Assembly (NCBI GenBank): GCA_001600695.1
Contig: BCKQ01000012.1
Location: 151,440-215,439, forward strand
DNA from: Ascoidea asiatica JCM 7603
Lineage: Eukaryota > Fungi > Ascomycota
Direction: 5' to 3'
Length of the DNA: 64,000 bases
Shown here one piece after another: positions 1 through 14,099 of this stretch. Made by a program: the position numbers and the translations under genes. A model generated the notes under the pieces. The model made no database searches and was not told where the DNA came from. It was given only the letters and a program-made list of their open reading frames with translations. Every line of letters begins with the position of its first letter. Position 1 is the first letter of the stretch.

Positions 1-954
1 TATAAATATGGTACAATGAAAGAAAATGTGTTAAATTTAACTGTAGTTTTACCTGACGGAACAATAATCAAAACTAAACAAAGACCAAAAAAAACCTCCG
101 CAGGTTATAATTTAACTAGTTTATTTATTGGAAGTGAAGGTACTTTAGGCATTGTAACAGAAGCTACTTTGAAATTAAATAATAGACCAAAAGAAGAAAC
201 TGTTGGAATTGTAACTTTCAATGACTTAAATGATGCTACCAATACTGTCACAAAAATCTTACAAAATGACTTAAAATTAAATGCAATGGAATTATTGGAT
301 GATGAAATGATGAAATGTTTAAATTTTAGTGGTTTATGCACAAAGAAATGGATTGAAAAACCAACCATTTTATTTAAAATTCCTGATCCAATTAATTCTA
401 ATATAAAACTTATCTCGAAAATTGCTAAAGAAAATAATTCAATAAAATTTGAATTTGCTAAAACAGAAGATGAAAAATTAGAGTTATGGTCTGCAAGAAA
501 ACATATCTTTTGGTCAACTATTGAATATGGGAGAAAAATTTTAAACAATGAAAAAGCCGAAGTTTGGACTACTGATGTTGCGGTACCTGTAACAAATTTA
601 GCTACATTAATATCAGAAACTCAACAAAGTTTTAAAAAATATCAAGATAAAGTTTATTCAACAATAGTTGGTCATGTTGGTGATGGAAATTTCCATTGTG
701 TTTTTTTATTTAATAAGGAGGATTCAATATTAGCAAAAGAATTAATTGATACTATGACCAAAAGAGCAATTGAATTAGAAGGTACATGTACTGGTGAACA
801 TGGTATTGGCTTTGGTAAAAGAACTTTTCTAGTTCAAGAATTGGGTGAAGATGCAATTTCTTTGATGCGGAAGATAAAATTAGCTATAGACCCAAATAGA
901 ATTATGAATCCTGATAAAATCTTCAAAATTGATCCCAACGACATTGATCATTAA
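1..954 (+). CDS. DLD1: Mitochondrial D-lactate dehydrogenase (cytochrome), 3' part; gene starts upstream of the window
   Basis: Frame is open from base 1 (YKYGTMKENV); motifs KTSAGYNLTSLFIGSEGTLGIVTEATLKL, GHVGDGNFH, GTCTGEHGIG and IDPNRIMNPDKIF of the FAD-linked oxidase/DLD1 type. Confidence 0.88.
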   Translation, partial: YKYGTMKENVLNLTVVLPDGTIIKTKQRPKKTSAGYNLTSLFIGSEGTLGIVTEATLKLNNRPKEETVGIVTFNDLNDATNTVTKILQNDLKLNAMELLDDEMMKCLNFSGLCTKKWIEKPTILFKIPDPINSNIKLISKIAKENNSIKFEFAKTEDEKLELWSARKHIFWSTIEYGRKILNNEKAEVWTTDVAVPVTNLATLISETQQSFKKYQDKVYSTIVGHVGDGNFHCVFLFNKEDSILAKELIDTMTKRAIELEGTCTGEHGIGFGKRTFLVQELGEDAISLMRKIKLAIDPNRIMNPDKIFKIDPNDIDH

Positions 955-1590
955 CAGCAATATATTATTACTCAATATTTTTATTATAGATTTATATTAA
1001 TACTGCATATATATTCATTTTTTTTACAAAAGATTTTAGAACTAGGATAAGTATCTCTTTAATTTAAGGATCTATTCCTAGGTGTTAAGTGGATAATACA
1101 AATTTTTTAACGTTTTACCAATCTGAAAAAAAAGGGTATTTAGTTTAACATTTGAATATCATTATAAATATACATTACTTCCTACGGTATAACAAGTGGT
1201 GTATAGACGACAAATACTCGTAAAAAGAATGGCACATATCCTTAAATTAAAGGGACAAATATAAAACTAGGATTTTTCTGATTTTGTTTAAACCAAAATA
1301 AAATTTTCTAAAATTGTATAGAAAAACTTTATTTATATATGAAACGAAAAATGCAAGAAGAAAATAAAAACATATAAAACTACTAGATAAAACAAAATAT
1401 TTCTAAATAAAAATTCAAACAAAAACAATAGAAAAAACACTTAACAATAAACACAAATCGAAGATCTAAATTTCTTCCTTCTTAATTACAAATTTTTTTT
1501 CCCCTTAATCCAAAATTAGTTTCCTTGAAAAAATCAAAAAAATTAAATAAAAACCAAATTTGAAATTTTATATAAAATATATTTAGATGA

Positions 1591-4500
1591 TTAAAAATCA
1601 TTACCTGGTATAAGTAAACTATCATCATTTTCGAGTAAATTTTTGGTCTCGGTCATATTTGGATCCCAAGTGGCATCTGGCATTGCCAAATTAGCTCTTC
1701 TTCTTTCTCTCTCAAATTCTCTCCAACGTTTCATAACAATATGGGTGGCATCAAATTCATCATTCTCTCCTGCACCATGTCCTTCAGTTTTGACTTCACC
1801 AGTGACTTTCCTTGTGTCACCCCAACTGAAATCATCAAATTTCCAGTAGGCATAAGTTGGCAATACAAAATTCCATATAGGCAAAGCACATAAATATATT
1901 ATCATCCAAAGAAGATATGTAACTTTGGAGACAGTCACAACAATTAGGACTGCTGGAAGACCTAAAATAAGTCCCAATAAAACTAATGACATAATTGGAG
2001 TTGGCTTTGAAACACAAGCATAAATAATAACGTAAAATGTAAAAACAATAGCAGCAGGTAATGTCAATGTACCAACTAAATTAATACCAATAACAAATTG
2101 CATTGAAAAACAAAATGTACCACATAAATCTTTAACTAAAACCAATTCCATTAAATTATGAACAGTTGAATTAATCCAACGACGACGTTGTGATAGTAAA
2201 ACTTTAAATTTATCCGGAACAACAGTTTTACAAGCAGCTTTAGGAACAAAAATCTGTTTTCTCTTCGGAAAGGTTCTTAACATTAAAGTTGATAAATATC
2301 TATCTTCACCCAATAAAAGTAAGTTTTTTCTATGAAGAGAAGAAATATCATTATCTGAGTATCTTTCAACTATATCTGGATTCGCTAAAATAGGTACCCA
2401 ATATCCATTTGGCCCTTTTGGAGCTTTAATACGGTACATACAAAAACATCCTGGTAAACATGTAACACTTCCGAAAACTGATTCAAAAGCTTTAGATTGA
2501 TGATGAGATATATAGTATTCAAAAACTTGAATTGACGTTGTAAATGAATCACCTTTATTGGATATCTTTGTTTCACCACATAGTCCCATAACTTCAGGAT
2601 CTTTGACCATTGAACCAACCATATGCGTTAATGAATCTGGATAAACTTTCGTATCAGCATCAACCATGAGAACAATTTCATACATATCAGCCATTAATCC
2701 TGTAACTCTATAAATACTAAGCAATATCTCGAATTCTAATTCAGTCATTCTTTCATCAAATGTGATTTTTTGTAAGAAAGACATGAGAATGATTTGAGAG
2801 TCTCTTTTACCTCTATTACCAGGTTTGGCTGCTCCAGATTCAGCTTCTGTACCACATTTAACAATACAGACAACTGGAACTTTTTGCTGTTTTTCTTCTG
2901 GTATAGTATCATTATCATATTTATAGAAACCTGCATAAACTTTGGCCATATTATGTCTTTTTGAGCCTTGGGCTACAGCAACATAAGAGAATGGTTGAAC
3001 TTCATCAGGATCAATAATGAAATCCTCCATCATACTAAGAGCCATATCTGGCGTAGTTAGGTCATTACCTGAACCTTTAATTATACCATCACAGAGAATT
3101 AATATTAATTTATGGGAGTTTGGATAATCAGTAGTCATCAAAGAGTCTAAAGTGGTTCTCATACCTTCTAAATCTTCAGAATAACAAGTAACAAGACATA
3201 TTGTATGAGCAACAGGGTAGCCAAATGGAGATTGATTTTCAATTATAGGTTGGGCAACGATGTCAGCAACAATCAAATCTGGAGAAATGGTTGTCACAAA
3301 TTCATCATCCCCAAAAGTTTGAGTATCAAATGGATTTAGTAAAGATTGAGAATGGGATAATCTATGACTGGTATATATCGATCCACCTGGAATACCACTC
3401 ATTAGAAGCGATCTTTTTGACCCATTATCATTTATCATCATCTTGGAATTACCCGCAAGTCTCTTTTTTTTATTAGCTTCTTGAATTGACATCGTTGTCA
3501 TTGGATTTTCTGATAAGGAATTATCTAACCCTGCCAATAAATCTGCAGAACTAAAGTTACCTAATGATGACAATCTTGAATGTCTTTTGGAAGGATTAAA
3601 GAGAGATAATTTCGAAGTAGATCTTCTATGAGAATGGAAATTTGCTCTTAGCTTAGGCTCTACGGTTTTAATTGGACCCTGACGATTTGCAGTCTCTGAC
3701 CAATCCTCAATTGCTTCAGCTCTTTCATTCATTGCTTTTCTAGTATCAATAGTTGCACCTTGTTTAGGAGCAACAAACCATTTAAAATAACAAGCAATAA
3801 AAAACTGAGATACAACAACAGCTAGAATAAATAATAAGGAAGCATATAAGACAACATCTGAAGCAATACAGCCCACAGTTTTAGAGTCAATTATACCAAC
3901 TTTAGTGATTTCGTTCAAACACTTACCTATTCTTCTTTCATTTGGACTAGCCAACGAAAGTGAAATATCTTGTCCTTGTAAGCTTGTATCACCCATAAGA
4001 ATATCAAAATAAGCAGGATAGTCTAATTCATCATCTATTAACCAATTTAAAAGGTCTAAGTCCAAAACATTTCCATTATATACAACCAAGTTTCTTGAGG
4101 AGTTTTTGATATCATCCCAAGTGAAATAAACATTGCCAGTAGTCTTTAAACTATAATAAGCTTCTCTAGCAGACTCACTTGTATGACATGCCCAACCATT
4201 ATAATATTCAGAGGAAGTTTTGTTGACCGTTGTTGTACCATTTGGACTAAATAATTTACATGGGAAATACCAACCTAATTCGCCAGTAGTTATATTATTA
4301 GGTATTGAAATAGAATCATTTTTAGCAGTTATTAACGATTTACAATGTCCATTAACATTTTGAAACAAAAAAGAACCATCCATACCTGCTGCATTAATTG
4401 GAGGATATAAAATATTTGTACCAGCAGTTATACCTCTTGCAACTGGATGAGTAGATCTTGTTAAATCATATGCTTTACCATGAATGATAAAATAACCAGA

Positions 4501-5667
4501 GGTAATACCAGAGTTCCTTATACTTATGGGAGAGTCCCCGCATACAGTTTTGGTAAAACCAAAAGTTAAATAGGCAACTATTCCACCACAATAAAAAATT
4601 AAAGAAATTAATCCAATTTTTTCCCTCCAGGCAAATTGCCTTTCTTTTTCAGGCATTTTGCCAATGGTTTTTAGAAGAAAAGGGGGTGCCCAAAATGAAA
4701 CAACATAACAATAAAGTTGCCAAAAAGCTAAAAAAGTAGTTTTCTTTTTTGTTTCAGTTTTGATTTTTTTAGTTTCATAAATTACATGTTTTGGTCTAGC
4801 ATACATTGAATTTCTTTTCTTCAATTTTGTAATCTCACTATTATTATTATTGTTATTTTTTGACTTACCATCTCTCTCATCGTTTAAACCATAAATTTCT
4901 TTACCACCTTTCAAATCAGAGTTTTCATTTGAATCATCCAAATCAGGTATATATTTATTATTTTCAGTATTTGAATTTAAGATACCAGCTCTATTTGAGT
5001 TTGAACTAGTAGAAGTATCAATATTTGTTGTAGTTATATAAGTAACATTTGGATTTGGAGTATTAGTAGCACTTGTATTAAATCCTTGAGAGCTAGTGAT
5101 TGAATTAAATTTATTATGATCAGTTATTGTATTATTTATGGTATTGTTTATTGTGTCATTATCAAAGCTTAAATCTTGTAAGGGATATGAATTATTATTA
5201 GTATCATTGATATTATTATCATGATTATCATTGATATGACTAGTTTGACTGATTGAATTTTTTGGATCTTCTACTATAGAATTGAAAGAAGCTGATTCTT
5301 GATTCTCGGGGATTGATTCATGAGTAATTGCAGAATTTCGAGATTTCTTTGAATTTGATCTATCTAAGAAACTCAGATGATTAAGAATACTATTATTGTT
5401 TTGATTATCATCTGAATAATTTGAAGTAAATGGAATCAAACCAGTTGATGACGGATTTACAGAAATATGATCACTTTCATTATTTACAACCTGATTATAG
5501 TAAAAATTTGGATGGTTTGGATCATCTAATCTTGATCTTTCTGGTTTAATCAATGATCTCCTTCTACCAATTGTACCTCCACTTTTTATTGAAATTCCTG
5601 ATTCCGGATCAAATTCTGAATAACTGGATTGATTTGATTTTCTTTTAAGTGAATTTGATCTATTCAT
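1591..5667 (-). CDS. CHS3: Chitin synthase class IV
   Basis: 1358 aa; AWREKIGL, cytochrome-b5-like region, [43 protein letters not shown]. Confidence 0.96.
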   Translation of the reverse strand: MNRSNSLKRKSNQSSYSEFDPESGISIKSGGTIGRRRSLIKPERSRLDDPNHPNFYYNQVVNNESDHISVNPSSTGLIPFTSNYSDDNQNNNSILNHLSFLDRSNSKKSRNSAITHESIPENQESASFNSIVEDPKNSISQTSHINDNHDNNINDTNNNSYPLQDLSFDNDTINNTINNTITDHNKFNSITSSQGFNTSATNTPNPNVTYITTTNIDTSTSSNSNRAGILNSNTENNKYIPDLDDSNENSDLKGGKEIYGLNDERDGKSKNNNNNNSEITKLKKRNSMYARPKHVIYETKKIKTETKKKTTFLAFWQLYCYVVSFWAPPFLLKTIGKMPEKERQFAWREKIGLISLIFYCGGIVAYLTFGFTKTVCGDSPISIRNSGITSGYFIIHGKAYDLTRSTHPVARGITAGTNILYPPINAAGMDGSFLFQNVNGHCKSLITAKNDSISIPNNITTGELGWYFPCKLFSPNGTTTVNKTSSEYYNGWACHTSESAREAYYSLKTTGNVYFTWDDIKNSSRNLVVYNGNVLDLDLLNWLIDDELDYPAYFDILMGDTSLQGQDISLSLASPNERRIGKCLNEITKVGIIDSKTVGCIASDVVLYASLLFILAVVVSQFFIACYFKWFVAPKQGATIDTRKAMNERAEAIEDWSETANRQGPIKTVEPKLRANFHSHRRSTSKLSLFNPSKRHSRLSSLGNFSSADLLAGLDNSLSENPMTTMSIQEANKKKRLAGNSKMMINDNGSKRSLLMSGIPGGSIYTSHRLSHSQSLLNPFDTQTFGDDEFVTTISPDLIVADIVAQPIIENQSPFGYPVAHTICLVTCYSEDLEGMRTTLDSLMTTDYPNSHKLILILCDGIIKGSGNDLTTPDMALSMMEDFIIDPDEVQPFSYVAVAQGSKRHNMAKVYAGFYKYDNDTIPEEKQQKVPVVCIVKCGTEAESGAAKPGNRGKRDSQIILMSFLQKITFDERMTELEFEILLSIYRVTGLMADMYEIVLMVDADTKVYPDSLTHMVGSMVKDPEVMGLCGETKISNKGDSFTTSIQVFEYYISHHQSKAFESVFGSVTCLPGCFCMYRIKAPKGPNGYWVPILANPDIVERYSDNDISSLHRKNLLLLGEDRYLSTLMLRTFPKRKQIFVPKAACKTVVPDKFKVLLSQRRRWINSTVHNLMELVLVKDLCGTFCFSMQFVIGINLVGTLTLPAAIVFTFYVIIYACVSKPTPIMSLVLLGLILGLPAVLIVVTVSKVTYLLWMIIYLCALPIWNFVLPTYAYWKFDDFSWGDTRKVTGEVKTEGHGAGENDEFDATHIVMKRWREFERERRRANLAMPDATWDPNMTETKNLLENDDSLLIPGNDF

Positions 5668-6950
5668 TTTTTAACTGATGAAAAAAATTGAATCACTTTT
5701 TTTAGTAAAATTTTGAAGTTGAATTTTTATATAAAAACAAATTTAGTTAAGTTCGATAGTTGCGTTGTCTAATTTGAAAGTACATAAAGTGACTATAAAA
5801 ATTTAATAAAAGTGCTTTAACAATACCAACAGTTAAATCACTAATATATGTTTGATAATATTTTAATTTTAAAATTAAAGAAATTAATACTAGCCTTTCT
5901 AATATAAAATATTTTTATTGATAAAGTTATAATGTTCACCTATTGAAATCAGTAATTATTGAGTATATTGAAAATATATTATATGTATTAGACCAAACTA
6001 AAAATAAACTATAATATTTCTTTTAGTTAAAGCGAAAGTGAAATATGAAATGAAATTTGACATAAAACTATGATAAACCAGTAGTACTGCTACTAGGGTT
6101 TTATTCTAGATATTGAAGATATCCAAAAAATTTCTTTCTGCTGCAAACAGGCAGAATTAAGTGAGATGAAGTGAAATACTGAATATAAAAAAGGATGAAA
6201 ATTCAAGTAGTTGGTGAATTTATGAAATACAAAGAGTAATTCCAGAATCAATTTTAAGGTAAATATGATAATATTAACGTGTTTTAATTCTTGATGAGAA
6301 GCAGAAGCAGAAGATTACGCTGAAATTTTGAATGATACTAAATCTAATAATGAGATTGAAATGTTAACCAGAATATAGTACAGTGATAGAAGCGATTGAA
6401 ATTTAAAGATTTGAAAGAGTTCGAAAAGTTAAGTTAATATTTGTATATTATGATAGAAAAATAAGATATTAGCACTTGGGCCAAATAATCAAATCAATGT
6501 AGGAATTATAATTAATCTTTGAGGAATAGAAACTTATATTAAAAAAAAATTAATTTAAATTGATGACTTTTGATATTCATATATTTTTAATATGATTAAC
6601 ATTTTAAATCCTATTTATTAACATCCATTTTGGGTTTTGTTTAATTTATAAGTCTGTGGCGATAGCTTATTGGAACCAGTGTGCTGGCTTTATTATGTAT
6701 GTTATTACCTAATACCACCCTAAGGTGACAAGAGGGTTAAAAGTGGAACCCGAGTGATTTGTTGAGAAACCATGTGACTGTTTGATCAGTAACATGTAAG
6801 GATTGCATAATATCTGTAATGTGGACTTTAGTGTCGTTAGCCTTTGTTCTTGATCATAAACTGGTTTTGCTAAAGCTTCTTTTAAACTACTCCTGTCAGC
6901 TTAAAAAACCGTAATGTTGAGAAGTAAACTTACTATTTAAATCTTGACGA

Positions 6951-7431
6951 TATGAGACTTAATAACTGATCCTACAGCCACTCAATATTTCTGAAAACAG
7001 TATGCAGAAGATACATTTCTACAGTTCATATCTAATATAATTAAAAGTCCTATATACAAATAAATCAGTATAAACAAAAAGTTAAAAAAATAGAATAAAT
7101 AAAAAAGCTTAAAACAAAAAAACAAAGCTGACAACATTATGCAATAAAAATAAAAGCGGCCTAAATTTAAAAAAAAAATTAATAAAGTAAAATATTTTCA
7201 ATTGACATATAAACTAAAATACTACTATTTAACAAATTAACCAAAACTTCAGCATTTAAAATAACTACAAATCACCAATAAATCAAATGACTCAGAGTAT
7301 CTAAATCAAAAAAGAAACTACTACATTTTTGAAAATGATAAGAACAACAAAAAACAGAAACGAAATTTAATTAAACATTAAAATGCTAAAATCAATAACT
7401 CAAATTTGTTGATGCTGTACATTTATGTATC
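6951..7431 (-). repeat. 3' LTR of the gypsy element (upper boundary uncertain)
   Basis: Colinear direct repeat of 15458-15939 (offset ~8507), e.g. accaataaatcaaatgact and ttaataaagtaaaatat in both copies; starts tatgagactt vs tgcgagactt; roughly two-thirds identical by eye. Confidence 0.8.
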
Positions 7432-7732
7432 GCGGTTTTCCGGCGCTTAACCATTATGTTGTAAGGTGTAACTCACCTTAAAATAACAAGTTAGGTATTT
7501 CTAAACTATTTTTGTCAAACTTTTTATCAAAATGTTTTAACATATTCATTTTTAAAATACTTCTATGAGGTAGCATGGAAACTATCTAATAGGACTTTTT
7601 GTTTACCTTTTACTTTTTAAATTATTTCTACATTAAATATTTTTAAATTAAATTAATTTTTTTTTTCTTTTAGTTTTTTATCAGAATGTTTTTACTCTTT
7701 TACAAATTATCCACTCCTAACTGTGGTATTCA

Positions 7733-8025
7733 TTGGTATCGCATACTTTAAGCTTGGTATCAAATACTTTAATTTGAGTTTGAAACTGTTTTTATATGAA
7801 TATAAGAAAGTTATTATAGGTATCAAATACTTAAAGCTTGGTATCAAATACTTTAATTTTAGTATCAAACTATTTTTTTATGAATATAAGAAAGTTAACT
7901 CTGGTATCAAAATCTATAACATTGGTATTAAACACTTTAACATTGGTATCGATTTGTCATTATATATGTATCATTTATTTTTATTTGGTATCAGAAACTT
8001 AATATTAGTATCAAAAACTATCATA
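7733..8025. repeat. 21-bp-period tandem array (~14 units, core GGTATCAAA) with an 84-bp higher-order repeat
   Basis: GGTATC or variants at 7735, 7756, 7819, 7840, 7861, 7903, 7924, 7945, 7987, 8007; 7735-7818 resembles 7819-7902. Confidence 0.85.
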
Positions 8026-8149
8026 TTACATTGTCCCCTAAATATATTCTCAATTTGGTGCGGTCATATTTTTCCTCTATTTAAGCAACAATATTTCTTT
8101 TTCTTCTTTTCGAACATAATTTATTTTTAAAATCAAATCAATTTACAAT

Positions 8150-9153
8150 ATGACTTCATTATCTACATTAATCTCAGAAACAATTAGCAAATTCAACTAA
8201 AAGGTTAAAATATATAAGTTGCCTATCCTTGAATACTATTTCATTAACAATAAAACATCTTTTTTTATTCAGATGGAATCAGGAAATCAAGTTTATTTTA
8301 AATCGGCAACGGTTATGTCCGAAGTCATGTTGATCAGTGCACATCATTTCCCAATATCAGTATATTTTGCCAAAGCTGATTTTTTTATTTCATACATTAA
8401 TAATAAACTTTATTATCTAGGTACAAGCACCCCCCCTTTTACAATTTGCCCTCAATGTTGTAAAAAAGATTATTCCTTATGTTATGGCAGAGACTATCAA
8501 ATATCCGTTTTTCTTTAATGAACCAAAAAATGAGGCATTTTCAAAATATTCTTCATCTGCTCAATATATTATTATTGCACGTTCCATTTTGTTTGGGGAA
8601 AAGGCTAGATGTATCTGTTATGAGCACGATATCTCCCAAATAATTTGTGAACTAGTATTATATCCACTCAAATACTCCACGGAACATCGTTACCTAATTG
8701 AGGATGTTATGCAACATCAGTTGACTGATACGAGTATGCAGCAAGACATTGAAAGTATTAAGGTTGTTGTTGAAAAAGGTGTGACAGCAGAATTCTTCAA
8801 CAAAATACTTTCAGGCAATCCAACTCAATTAAAGGACTTAACAAAATTACAAAAATTCCGTTTTTAGTTACATACGGATGGTACCGTCCGTTATCACACG
8901 GTTAAAAAGGATATTGGAAAATTGGTAATTAATCCAGAAACCTATAACCAATCTGTTCTACGTCTAATGGAATCTGACTCTAACAAAAATACCATACCTA
9001 AGGATCGTCTCTCTATTATGAAACGTAAGTATTTCAATTTTAAAAAAATCTGTGTGCGATTGTTTATATACAGAATTTAATAATTTTACTGCCATATCTA
9101 GTGATTCAAGTGGTTCAGGTGATGTTGAATTTATTGGTTTTTCTACGTCTTAA
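8150..9153 (+). pseudogene. Relic of an unknown, probably multi-exon gene, antisense to gag-pol
   Basis: Frame 8421-9024 has one stop in ~200 codons, opens right after TAG (8418-8420) and ends at GTAAGT (9025); splicing to CAG 9071-9073 gives an in-frame last exon QFNNFTAISSDSSGSGDVEFIGFSTS*; upstream exons are less certain. Confidence 0.5.
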
Positions 9154-10044
9154 GTATATTTTTTTTTACTATAAATTAACTCACTTTTTATTTATTTTTA
9201 TCAATTTATTTCAATCTTTTTAAATTCTCAACTTTTACATTATTTTTTTACAATTAACATAATTCTATGGTTTTTCCAATAATCAATATTAAAATATTGG
9301 TTATTGCATTTTTAATATATTATTATTTTCATAAATTTTTACTTACTTTAAATTAATTTTTTTTACTGCTCACTTTTCGAAGTAGCTTTCAGTTGAACCA
9401 TTCACTCAAGTGGTTTTACAACGTTTATACAGAGGACCTTTCTTAAGTGAAACTAAAAATGGGCCAATGTTTCGGATGTGACATGAATCTGAATTACGTG
9501 AAAACCTCTAAGCAAAATAAATCAGAAGATTATAAACAAGGAATGCAGTTAAGACAGCACGTTTGGATGGTGGAGCTATATAACCCGCATGACATCCGAC
9601 TTTTCTGGATTATTTGTATTCAGGGTAATAATAGTTGTAAAAATTTTCATTGGTTGAATTTTTTATTGGCAATCTTATTATGTCATGGTGAAATCGCGCA
9701 TAACAACTGGCATCAAAACCTATAAATTTGGTTTCAGGATGTTTTGAATAAAGTTGAAATTGGTCAGTAAGTTGAATATGTTAGTTGAAATTCAATTTGA
9801 TGAAAAGCCAGGTAATAGAAATATTGTAATCGCTTAAGAATGGTGTTATTATTAAAAAGCTAGGAGTAGACAAAGAATAAAAAAAATAGAAAATAAAGAT
9901 ATTGGTGAGCTTAAGCAAAACTGTAAAACCATTGTGATTATATTGACTGATAAATTTGAATGATTTTACCCAAAATGAGCTCGGCAGCTTACATATTATT
10001 ACAGAACGTTTACTGTTCCCTAAGATGGCAATATTGTAAAAAAA

Positions 10045-11090
10045 TTATTCTCTTCCTAAAAAGTGTTTGATGTGTGTTTTTGACATGACTTGGTTTAGCA
10101 AAGTGTTGTCAGCTTCCTGTAGTTGAGATCTACCATTTCCAAGTGTTGCGTAGATTTTGTATCCACGGACCCATGTGGATCTGTGGTTACTCCTTCTCTC
10201 ACTTTCACTTTGTTAATTTAATAATAGACCAGATTAGAAATCTGAAATGACTCTGTTCTAATATTATTATGTGTAACATAATATGTTCTATTATAATCTT
10301 TGATTTTTTTAATATTATCTCTCGGTTGGGCTTTGTGAGTCATTAACTCAAATTGAGGATTTCTGATTGTAAGAATTTCAACTAGACTCAATGTGCTTGG
10401 AAAATTTCCTGGTAATGTGCTGACTAAATGATTAATTGATAATAACGGGAATACCCCATAAAGTAAAAAGTTTCGTGGATAAACTGTGGATGTTATTGTA
10501 ATAGGACGATCAGCAATTAATATTGACTGGAAATGTTTAACCCATGGCCCGAAGGCAGCTATTCTTCTAAGCCTTGCTTGAATACTTCATCACCGCTTTC
10601 AAAGAGACCATTTGCTTTTGGATGATAAGCGGGTGTGGTAATATTTCTGATTCTAAGATTAGCAAGTAACACTGCAACAACACCCTTGTTTTTAGGACCA
10701 TCGTCATTTTTTATGTTGAAGACATTCCCATATCTTAGAATTATATCTTCATAAATAAACTCAGCTACTGTATATGATGATAAATGTCGGAGCGGTCGTC
10801 CTTCATCAAGGTTTGTCATATAATCTTTGACTAACACAGCGGCCTAATAACCATTATCTACTGCGAGTTGAATAACATCTAATGCTACTATATGAATTAT
10901 TTTATTTAAAGCAAAGGTGCTCAAAGGTTCTCTCGGAGCAGTTTTATGGCTCATGACTTGACTTTGAATGTCACTTGAGAGATATTTTTCGGCTTGTGAT
11001 TCAATACCTGGAACTAGTGCCTTAATCCTAGCATATGATTTACTGCAGCAAAGCGTCTATGTCCATGATTTTCATGAGATGCTTCGAGTA
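10045..11090 (-). pseudogene. Integrase relic (HHCC, core, GPY/F-like tail)
   Basis: SHENHGHR; VAEFIYEDIILRYG..DDG..TTPAYHPKANG; tail WVRGYKIYATLGNGRSQLQEADN..HIKHF. Confidence 0.85.
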
Positions 11091-11347
11091 TTTAAATAAT
11101 ATTTTTAGTAATTAATGGTACTCTTCTGGGTACATTTACTATCCTATCTTTTGATTTTCTGAAGATTTGTGTTTCTAAAATAAAAAGTTCCAAAGAGGTA
11201 ATTTGTAATCTTTTTTCATATAAATTAAAATATTTTCCCTTATCTGTAATTAAAAAGTCAATTACATCTTTGCTTGAAATTCCATTTAATTTAAATTCTT
11301 TTACAATCCTAACGTCAACTTCTAGAACCTCCTTAAACAGTAGTAGA

Positions 11348-12620
11348 TTAATATTTGCCGGTGGGTATCTGCTGAAATGGTCTGGTAGCATGTGCTTCCC
11401 GTTTAGTATGTTTGAATTGGAGGTTATTTGGTTTTAATAATGAAACCCATCTAATGATAAGAGAATCTGGTAGTCTATCAAGTGATTTATTGAAAACTCC
11501 TAGTAGGGCACTGCAGTCAGTGCCAACTATAAAACTAACTCCATTTAGATAATAATTAAATTCATTGATTTCAAGAGACAAGGAATACAACTCCAATTGT
11601 CTAGTTATCCTACTAAGTAAGTATATGTAAAGTCATGCCAACATTCATGGCATTCTTTAATATTTTAAATGGTTTAACATCATCCTCATACATGATTAAA
11701 CTTGCTTTTTTATTTATTTTATTTTTTGTTTCTTCCTTTTTGACCGACATTATCTCATATAAAGGGTTTGCAATCAAGTTAAAGTTTTTAATGAAACATC
11801 GAAAATAATTTACGAGTCCGAGAAGGCTTTGTAATTGATGGATATTATTGGGACACAACATGTCCTTCATAACCTCCATTTTATCCTTAACTAGACTATA
11901 CCCAAAGTCATGGGTTTTAAACCCTAGAAATTCAATTTCTTTAGGGAATAATTTGCTTTTAGATATATTTACCTAATATTGTAAGTATAATATAATGAGA
12001 ATAAATTAACGACACGCTCCGTATGCTCAAAAATTTTAATTCTGATACCATTCTTTGTGGCACCGAATTTTTCTTTTAGTGGTAATATAGTATTTTCGTT
12101 TGAGTTGTCCACAACATCATCCAAATAATTTAAAGTAAAGTAACAAATTGGGTCCAACATGTAAGTTAATATTCTTTGCAAAATGACCACTGAGTTTTTA
12201 AATCCCTGTGGTAATCTTGTTAACCAGAAACTACCAAATTTCATATTGAATAATGTATAACCTTTTGTGCTTTCTTCTACCATAAGATGCATTTAAGCGT
12301 CACTGATGTCGGTACTTGAATATAGACTTCTACGTGGGCACTCCATCACTGCAAATTTAACATTTGGAGGCAAAAACGCATCTTTTATAGTAACGTTATT
12401 CAAAGGTTGAAGATCCGATAAAAAACGGTAGCTATCATTCTTGTTTTTTATCAAAAAAGCTTTGCTTGCATAAATACCAGTTGATTCAATGTAACCTAAA
12501 TCTAGGTACTTATTGATAAGTGATCTGAATTGGGAAGTAATAAAGCTATTATACATAGGCATTTTATGTGCCAAGGCTCATGTTTTGCTGTGGAAATTTT
12601 AACTGGTGGAAAAACAATTG
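11348..12620 (-). pseudogene. Reverse transcriptase and RNase H relic, fragmented
   Basis: YRFLSDLQPLNNVTIKDAF, RLPQGFKNS, NYLDDV, LQSLLGLVNYFRCFIKNF, FIVGTDCSAL across several broken frames. Confidence 0.9.
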
Positions 12621-13060
12621 GACTTCCATTTTCCCAAAATATGTTGCTAAATACCGATACGCTCTTGGTAATGTAATCTGCTTCCAATGTATTATCTCCA
12701 ACGATAGATTGGATAACTTTTTTCTGAATTGTGTTTCTTCTATTTCCCTGAAACCTCCGTAATCAGGGTGATTACGCTCAAGTATTTTGAAATTCACTGA
12801 ATCATGATTGGTAATAGCATACATGCTGTCAATAATAGGGTCTGGTTTGGTAGCCAAAACCCCATAGAGCTTTGCATTTGGTTCAATGCATACTATAGTG
12901 GCCACTTTCCCAATCTCAGCCTTCTATTTCTTGTGTAACATACTAAAATCGAATTTTACGTAATAATCTTTTTCCGGAGTAACTGATGAAACCTTTTACA
13001 AAATATTGCCATATCCTTCAACAGTAATTACTTGAAGTATTTTCACAGAGACATCACAGT

Positions 13061-13381
13061 CTATGATAAAGTTGGTACCCAAAATATCCTCATTGGACTT
13101 ATGATGGGTAATATAAATATAATTGGATAAGTATATCCATTAATTGTGATACTAGATGAAGTCACACCAAACAGCTTTATAGGCAGCTGGCTAATACCTG
13201 GAGCTCCTTTAGCAGTCTTTCCGATATGTAACCTAGCTTTTAATGCATGAGATCTAGTTAATAATGATATTTCTGCGCCGGTATCGTATAATACTTGTAG
13301 CTTAATTTTATTATTGAGAATAACTGGTAGGTGACAGCTGTTACCAGCATATTTGGGATAATCTTTGTCAGAATTCTCCAA
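13061..13381 (-). pseudogene. Retrotransposon aspartic protease relic
   Basis: KLQVLYDTGAEISLL active-site motif. Confidence 0.82.
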
Positions 13382-14099
13382 AACCTCAGTTTCTTCAGTG
13401 GTTCCCCCCTCGGATACAGAGACATCTGTCTCTCCAACCTCTTCATCACTTTAAGAGATGCTATTTTGACGTGATTCACTATCAGTGGCATACTCTGCAT
13501 TCATTATTCCATCTGATTTCGTTGAAAAATTGAAGTAGTCAGGCTCAGCTTCAGCATGGGCTATTTTCGATTCTAAAGCATGTTCTTCTAGTTCATCAGT
13601 GTTACTGATAAATTCTCTGATCTTTCTAATTTCTCTTAGGTGGAGAATCTCCATTGGAGTTAGCGGTGGTTTTACTACTTTCAATGTTTTTGCGATTGAG
13701 GTTCTTAACGCTTCTGAGGAACCAATTATGTTAGAGAGCCTCCTAGTAACAGGGGTATCCAATATTGTATGAGCCATATTATCAAACTCTCTTGAATTGA
13801 GTTTAACCGGAGCTTTATAATAATGATGTTTAGACCTTCTTTTAGTTGTTTCAACTTTTGCCATTTTGGTACCACGGATTAGGGTTTCAGCAGTTTTTGA
13901 CTTTGAAGTTTTCTTTTTTTTTTTCAACATCTGACTGACAGTCAATGGGTTTCTTGTCCTATTCGAATTTGGGGTTAGATGTTGAGCGGCTTTGGTCTAG
14001 TGTATCGCGTGTAGCTTGAACGGTTCCACAATTGTTTCAGCAACATTATTTATGGGTAAATATTCTTAGCCTAGAGAACTTATATATATTCACAGAATT

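Noticed and set aside
7723-8130. 135-aa ORF with GIKY repeats
   Set aside because: By-product of the 21-bp array, non-ATG start
9386-9725. Second relic exon with stops suggesting C-to-T (RIP-like) hypermutation
   Set aside because: Six stops in ~80 codons is near random expectation for this composition; no reference copy to polarise changes
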